A stretch of 32,000 nt of DNA. Origin: Pirellula staleyi DSM 6068. GTDB lineage: Bacteria; Planctomycetota; Planctomycetia; Pirellulales; Pirellulaceae. Position 1 is the stretch's first letter. Each line of letters begins with the position of its first letter. Below the pieces are notes generated by a model. That model searched no databases, had not been told where the DNA came from, and was given only the letters and a program-made list of their open reading frames with translations. The DNA lies in NCBI GenBank assembly GCA_000025185.1, contig CP001848.1, positions 630,001-662,000 of the forward strand, read 5' to 3'. The translations under genes and the position numbers were made by a program. Positions 27,189 through 32,000 of the stretch are shown here, piece by piece.

Positions 27189-28907
27189 ATGGCCATTCGC
27201 CGCATCGGACAAATCTTCGTCGACATGGGCTTCATCAGCGATGACCAGCTCGAGATGCTGCTCGAAGAACAGCAGCAGCGACCTGGCACGCTCTTGGGCA
27301 AACTTGCGCAAGAGATGAGCCTCGTCAATGAAGAACAGTTGGTGCAAGCGCTCGCCGAACAGATGGGGATGCAAGTGGTCGAGCTTGGGGATATCACGAT
27401 TCCCGGCGACGTGCTCCACAAAGTGACCGAGTCGATGGCGCAGCTCTATCGCGTCATTCCGATCAAGTTCAGTAGCAACGAACTGACGGTGGCGACGTGC
27501 GATCCGCAAAACATCACGATCCAAGACGAACTCCGCTCGATGCTCGGCTACGACATCCGTGTGGTGATCGCCTCGGAAACCGATATCAAGAAAACGCTCG
27601 ATCGCTACTTCTCGTCCGACAAAGATACGGTCGATAGCATCGTTGGCGAGCTCGAAGCCGACAGCGAACTGAAGAAGGCGATGGATGCCGTCGCTAAGAA
27701 CGGCGCAGTCGATCTGACGAGCGTCGAAGCGCTGGCCGATAGCGCGCCGGTTCGCAAGCTGCTGAACATGGTGCTGCTGCTGGCAATTAAGGATCATGCG
27801 AGCGACATTCACTTCGAACCGTTTGAAGACGAATTCCGCATCCGCATCAAGGCCGATGGTGTGCTGTTTGAAATGGTGCCACCGCCGCGGCATCTGGCGT
27901 TTGCGATCACCACGCGCATTAAGGTGATGGCGAACCTCGACATCGCCGAACGACGCATGCCTCAAGATGGTCGTATCGAACTATCGGTCGGTGGTCACTC
28001 GGTCGACCTTCGCGTCAGCATTCTGCCGACTCTGTTTGGCGAGAGCGTGGTTATGCGAGTCCTCGACCGTTCGGTCGTTTCGCTCAACCTGGCTAAGGTG
28101 GGGATGGATGCGCCAACCCTCAAGCTATTCCGCAGCGTGCTCGATCGTCCCAACGGCATCGTGCTGGTGACAGGTCCGACAGGTTCGGGCAAAACCACGA
28201 CCCTCTACTCGGCACTCAGCGAACTCAACTCGGTCGAAGACAAACTCATCACCACCGAAGACCCGGTGGAATACGACATCGATGGGATCGTGCAGATTCC
28301 GATCGATCACGAAATTGGTGTGACCTTCGCCGCTTGCCTACGAGCGATTTTGCGACAAGATCCCGACATCATTCTGGTGGGTGAGATCCGCGATCTCGAG
28401 ACCGCCGAAATTGCGGTGCAAGCCTCGCTGACAGGTCACATGGTGTTCAGCACGCTCCACACCAACGACGCGCCGAGCACTGTCACACGCCTCAAAGATA
28501 TGGGTGTGCCGACGTTCCTTATCACTGCCACGGTCGAAGCGATTTTGGCCCAGCGATTGGTGCGCCGCATCTGCTCGCAGTGCCGCGAAGAAGTCGAAGG
28601 CTCGGAAGAACTGCTGGCCGAAGTGAAGTACACCGCCGAACAACTCGCGGGGAAGAAGTTCTACCGTGGGCGGGGCTGCGATGTCTGCAACAACACCGGC
28701 TACAAGGGACGCGTCGGTCTGTTCGAACTGATGATCATGAACGACACGCTGCGCGACATGGTGATGCAAAACGCGTCGATCGACGATCTCCGCACCACGG
28801 CCTCCAGCTTTGGCATGTCCACGCTGCGCGACGTCGGCATGCGGAACGCCTTCGATGGCACCACCACGCTCGACGAAGTGGTCCGCGAAACAGTTCAAGA
28901 AGCGTAG
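27189..28907 (+). CDS. pilB: Type IV pilus assembly ATPase PilB (GspE family, paralog 2) with MshEN-like N-terminus
   Basis: 572 aa. Walker A GPTGSGKTTT, ILVGEIRD, and the tetracysteine CSQC...CDVC. The N-terminus RIGQIFVDMGFISDDQLEMLLEEQ fits the 24-residue MshEN motif. Located between pilT and pilC. Confidence 0.9.
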   Translation: MAIRRIGQIFVDMGFISDDQLEMLLEEQQQRPGTLLGKLAQEMSLVNEEQLVQALAEQMGMQVVELGDITIPGDVLHKVTESMAQLYRVIPIKFSSNELTVATCDPQNITIQDELRSMLGYDIRVVIASETDIKKTLDRYFSSDKDTVDSIVGELEADSELKKAMDAVAKNGAVDLTSVEALADSAPVRKLLNMVLLLAIKDHASDIHFEPFEDEFRIRIKADGVLFEMVPPPRHLAFAITTRIKVMANLDIAERRMPQDGRIELSVGGHSVDLRVSILPTLFGESVVMRVLDRSVVSLNLAKVGMDAPTLKLFRSVLDRPNGIVLVTGPTGSGKTTTLYSALSELNSVEDKLITTEDPVEYDIDGIVQIPIDHEIGVTFAACLRAILRQDPDIILVGEIRDLETAEIAVQASLTGHMVFSTLHTNDAPSTVTRLKDMGVPTFLITATVEAILAQRLVRRICSQCREEVEGSEELLAEVKYTAEQLAGKKFYRGRGCDVCNNTGYKGRVGLFELMIMNDTLRDMVMQNASIDDLRTTASSFGMSTLRDVGMRNAFDGTTTLDEVVRETVQEA

Positions 28908-29055
28908 TCACCGGCGAGCCGATTGCGACATCGGAAAGCCAGCGAAAACATAACACCGATCCACCGTATTACAGACACAACCAAATTCACCCCCACCATT
29001 TCGTTCATCCCTCCCGTTAGACTCGTTTGGGAAATTCGAAGAAGGGACTTTAGCC

Positions 29056-30480
29056 ATGCCAACCTATCAGTTTGAAGCGATGGACGCGACCGGCCAGGAA
29101 ATCCGCGACGTCATCGATGCAGCAACTGAGGAAGAGGCACAGAACACCATCCGTCAGATGGGCTACTTCGTCACCAAGATTGCGGTGAAGAAGGGTGGCA
29201 CTGGCCCTGGTGGTAAAGGGGCCGGCCCGGGCTCGAAAAAGAAACGCTCCTTTGCCTTTGGTGGCGCGAGCAGCAAACAGCTGTCGCTCTTCACCAAGCA
29301 GCTGTCGATTCTTCAAGACGCCGGTCTCCCGATTCTGCGTAGCTTGCGAATTCTCGAACTCCAGAGCAAACCTGGCGCTCTCAAAAACGCGCTCATGGAT
29401 GTGGGTGACGAAATCGAGTCGGGATCGACTCTTTCGGAAGCGATGGCGAAGAGCCCGAAGGTCTTCAGCCGACTCTACATCAACATGATCAAGGCGGGTG
29501 AGGCAGGTGGTGCACTCGAAGTGATTTTGCGCCGCTTGAGCGAGTTCCTCGAGCGTAGCGAATCGCTGAAACGCAAAGTCAAAGGGGCCATGATTTACCC
29601 AGTGGTGGTGGTGCTCGTCGCCATCTCGATTCTGGTGTTCATCATGCTCAAAATCGTGCCGGTGTTTAAGAAAATGTTCGATGAGTTCGGGCTCAAACTC
29701 CCTGCTGCCACCGAACTGCTCATCAACATTTCCAACTGGGTGGTGAACTACGGCTGGTTCAGCATTCCGCTGATTCCTGTGGTGGTTTACATCTTCGTGA
29801 TGCTGCTGCGAAAGTTCAAACATGGCCGCATGGGCTTCGACATGTTTGTGCTCAAGCTCCCGATCATGGGAATGCTCATCGAGAAGAACACCATGGCGCG
29901 CACCACGCGAACACTCGGCACCCTGGTGGCGAGCGGTGTGCCGATTCTCGAAGGGCTGAACATCACCCGCGAAACCGCTGGTAATGCTCTCTTCGAACGT
30001 CTCTATGGCAAGGTCTCCGACGCCATCCGCGAAGGTGAAACGATCGCCAAGCCACTCGCTGCCAACAGCCGACCTGGTTTTCATCCGGTCGCCCTCTTCC
30101 TCTGGGTACTGCTCGGTGCGAGCGTGCCGCTCGGCATCATGTGCATGCCAGGGATGATTAAGAGCGTCGGGCTGCAGCCACTGCTCTATGGTGCTCTGCT
30201 CGGCGTGATGGCGGGTGGCATTTACTACTTCCTTCGCATGAATCACCGCATCGTCGACGAACTGGTGGTGAACATGGTGGACGTGGGTGAAGAGACGGGC
30301 GAACTCGACACCATGCTCTACAAAGTGGCCGACGTGTTCGACGAAGAAGTTTCGACACTCACCGACGGTTTGATGAAGCTGATCGAGCCACTCCTCATCG
30401 TGTTCCTCGGTGGTGCGGTGGGCTTCATCGTGATCTCGCTCTTCATGCCTCTGATTAGCTTGATCCAAGGTCTGACCTAA
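29056..30480 (+). CDS. pilC: Type IV pilus / T2SS platform protein (PilC/GspF family) with extra hydrophobic insertion
   Basis: 474 aa. There are two T2SSF repeats: LSLFTKQLSILQDAGLPILRSL...MIKAGEAGGALEVIL, and TRTLGTLVASGVPILEGL...MVDVGEETGELDTML. Residues ~337-397 are an additional hydrophobic segment. Confidence 0.88.
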   Translation: MPTYQFEAMDATGQEIRDVIDAATEEEAQNTIRQMGYFVTKIAVKKGGTGPGGKGAGPGSKKKRSFAFGGASSKQLSLFTKQLSILQDAGLPILRSLRILELQSKPGALKNALMDVGDEIESGSTLSEAMAKSPKVFSRLYINMIKAGEAGGALEVILRRLSEFLERSESLKRKVKGAMIYPVVVVLVAISILVFIMLKIVPVFKKMFDEFGLKLPAATELLINISNWVVNYGWFSIPLIPVVVYIFVMLLRKFKHGRMGFDMFVLKLPIMGMLIEKNTMARTTRTLGTLVASGVPILEGLNITRETAGNALFERLYGKVSDAIREGETIAKPLAANSRPGFHPVALFLWVLLGASVPLGIMCMPGMIKSVGLQPLLYGALLGVMAGGIYYFLRMNHRIVDELVVNMVDVGEETGELDTMLYKVADVFDEEVSTLTDGLMKLIEPLLIVFLGGAVGFIVISLFMPLISLIQGLT

Positions 30481-30529
30481 GACACAACCCAAGATCGCTC
30501 CCCACTCGGGCAGCTTTCGATATTGACCG

Positions 30530-30559
30530 GGAATCGAGCCTCCTCAGCAGCTCGATTCC
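30530..30559 (+). terminator. Perfect 10-bp hairpin downstream of pilC (GGAATCGAGC-N10-GCTCGATTCC)
   Basis: Read directly at 30530-30539 and 30550-30559. It lies in the 265-bp pilC-pilin spacer. No U-tract, so it could be an attenuator, a processing site or a terminator. Confidence 0.35.
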
Positions 30560-30745
30560 GAGGGCCAGGCGCGCGAGCTGCGTCTGGTCTGCTGTCGGTG
30601 CTCAGCACGTTTTGATTCCAGCAGATTCAGCAAAAAACTACAGGTGGTTGCGACTTTCGAGCGGCATTTCTCGTGCGGCTCGACACCGACGCAGCTCCCC
30701 TCCCCTTATCCACGTTTGCGTTTTTCGGCGAAGGAGAATCCGGCT

Positions 30746-31660
30746 ATGCAACTCACCTCCACCACTGCGACGAGCCCCGCGCGACTCGAATGTGTGGCCC
30801 GTTTCTCCGCGCAATCGCGACGGCGTGGTTTCACGCTTGTGGAACTGCTCGTGGTGCTCGGCATCATCGCCGTGCTGGTGGCCCTGCTTGTTCCCGCAGC
30901 GATGGCCGCGCTCAACACAGCGCGTCGCGCGTCGATCGCGTTTAAGGTTTCGCAGCTGGCCGACGGCATCGAAAAATACCGTGCCGCGCACGACGACTAT
31001 CCCCCCAGCAGTCGCGACGTCGGTGCCATTCAGCGTCACTTGCGTAAATGCTATCCCAAGATTACCCCGGTTTACTTCAATGCTACGGTCGCCAAACTCA
31101 CCGATGCCTCCATCAATGGCATCGACGAAGGTGAAGCTCTCGTGTTCTGGCTGAGCCAAGTGAACAAGTCGGCGACCAATCCGTTTCCTAGCTTGATGAC
31201 TCCTGGCATTGCGATTCCCTCGCCAGAAGCTCACTACGTCTTCAAGGAAACCGACTTGCAGGACGACGATGGGGACGGCTTTCCGTCGTTCGTTTGCCGC
31301 GAAGCGAAGGACACCTACTTCCTCTATCTCGATGCTCGATCGTACGACGAGTTCATGGACTACTCGAACGCCAGTTCCCCTGCCTTTGCCGAGAGTCGCG
31401 CGGTGGGTGAGGCTCGGCCTTATTTCTCCGACACGATTGCCAACAGCGCGGCGACCGATGCTCGCCAGCGCTACAAGCTGATGAACCCCACAAGCTTTCA
31501 GATCATTTGCGCGGGGCAGGATGGTGAGTTCAACCTGGGTTTCAACGACGACGACAGCGACGTGAAGCTCTTCCCCAGCGGTCTGAACTACAGCAATTCT
31601 GATCGCGACAACATTACAAACTTCAGCGATGGCCGACGCCTGATGGACAACATTCCGTAG
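30746..31660 (+). CDS. Pilin/pseudopilin-like protein with prepilin-type N-terminal cleavage/methylation motif and GspG-like C-terminal segment
   Basis: ATG 30746 is preceded by AAGGAG (30731-30736). The leader MQLTSTTATSPARLECVARFSAQSRRRG is followed by FTLVELLVVLGIIAVLVALLV (class III signal, Glu at +5). The C-terminal part FQIICAGQDGEF...DRDNITNF resembles the GspG G-x-DG...D-I-x-N/W region. Confidence 0.8.
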   Translation: MQLTSTTATSPARLECVARFSAQSRRRGFTLVELLVVLGIIAVLVALLVPAAMAALNTARRASIAFKVSQLADGIEKYRAAHDDYPPSSRDVGAIQRHLRKCYPKITPVYFNATVAKLTDASINGIDEGEALVFWLSQVNKSATNPFPSLMTPGIAIPSPEAHYVFKETDLQDDDGDGFPSFVCREAKDTYFLYLDARSYDEFMDYSNASSPAFAESRAVGEARPYFSDTIANSAATDARQRYKLMNPTSFQIICAGQDGEFNLGFNDDDSDVKLFPSGLNYSNSDRDNITNFSDGRRLMDNIP

Positions 31661-31746
31661 TGGATCGTCGCCACTGATCGTCTTCGTTTGAGCCCCCGAC
31701 TGAGCCCGTTTTTCTTATCACCTTCCACACCCTGCGAGAGAGCCTT

Positions 31747-32000
31747 ATGACTGGCCAACCAATCCAGCAGCACACGATGGTGCGGCGATCGCGGCGTGGT
31801 TTCACGCTCACCGAATTGCTGGTCGTGATTGCGATCATTGCGATTTTGGCCGGGCTGTCGTTCGCCGGGTTGCAAGGTGCGACGGAACAAGCGCGCGAAG
31901 CACGCACCCGTGCGGTGCTGGCGAAACTCGATCAGCTGATCATGGAGAAGTACGACACCTTCACCACCCGCTCGATTCGCGTGAATCCAGCCTTTCAGCA
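31747..32000 (+). CDS. Second prepilin-type N-terminal domain protein (5' part; runs off the right edge)
   Basis: Hand translation from ATG 31747 gives MTGQPIQQHTMVRRSRRGFTLTELLVVIAIIAILAGLSFAGLQGATEQAREARTRAVLAKLDQLIMEKYDTF... The frame is open to the window end. Alternative start at ATG 31777. Confidence 0.75.
   Translation, partial: MTGQPIQQHTMVRRSRRGFTLTELLVVIAIIAILAGLSFAGLQGATEQAREARTRAVLAKLDQLIMEKYDTFTTRSIRVNPAFQ

Noticed and set aside
29050-30492. 480-aa minus-strand ORF almost exactly antisense to pilC. Similar long antisense ORFs occur at 8209-9291 (in proB), 18858-20192, 25849-26709 (in pilT), 27147-27965 (in pilB), 6540-7427, 2134-2979, 15327-16265 and 10600-11319.
   Set aside because: Their translations are compositionally abnormal (H/E/D/R-rich or R/A/S-rich with no recognisable motifs). 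The opposite strand encodes proteins with clear family signatures. Long stop-free antisense frames are expected in high-GC DNA.
1-32000. Scan for CRISPR arrays, IS/transposase or integrase genes, toxin-antitoxin pairs, known defence-system genes, and rRNA/tRNA/tmRNA.
   Set aside because: I saw no regularly spaced repeats, transposase/integrase-like translations, small paired ORFs or structured-RNA hallmarks. The only candidate defence-related gene is the solitary methyltransferase, which has no partner.

Overview
High-GC (roughly 57-60% by eye) bacterial chromosomal window. The gene repertoire looks planctomycete-like (Pirellula/Blastopirellula-type): a DUF11-repeat surface protein, prepilin-type N-termini, a TadG/vWA protein, and zinc-ribbon/coiled-coil membrane proteins. 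I support about 25 CDS. On the left and centre are housekeeping genes (bioF, proB, ndk, truD, an orphan beta-class DNA methyltransferase, two coupled GT2 glycosyltransferases) mixed with envelope and secreted proteins. On the right (23.4-32 kb) is a type IV pilus / T2SS-like cluster: GspE/PilB-like ATPase, a 750-bp non-coding gap, pilT, a second pilB, pilC, and two pilin-like genes. I saw no rRNA, tRNA, CRISPR array, IS element or obvious prophage. The most interesting locus is at 1454-3390. A 58-aa Pup-like microprotein ending in ...FGGE lies 2 nt upstream of a PafA/Dop-family (Pup-ligase fold) enzyme. That enzyme carries a ~110-aa hydrophobic, apparently membrane-spanning insertion in its catalytic domain. 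No proteasome or Mpa genes are visible in the window. Secondary oddities: a vWA domain split by a low-GC insertion, a PilC with an extra hydrophobic hairpin, a pilin with a 28-aa leader, an MshEN-like c-di-GMP motif in only one of the two PilB paralogs, and a long repeat-bearing non-coding spacer inside the pilus cluster. All family assignments rest on motif recognition by eye and on remembered reference sequences. No database search was run.
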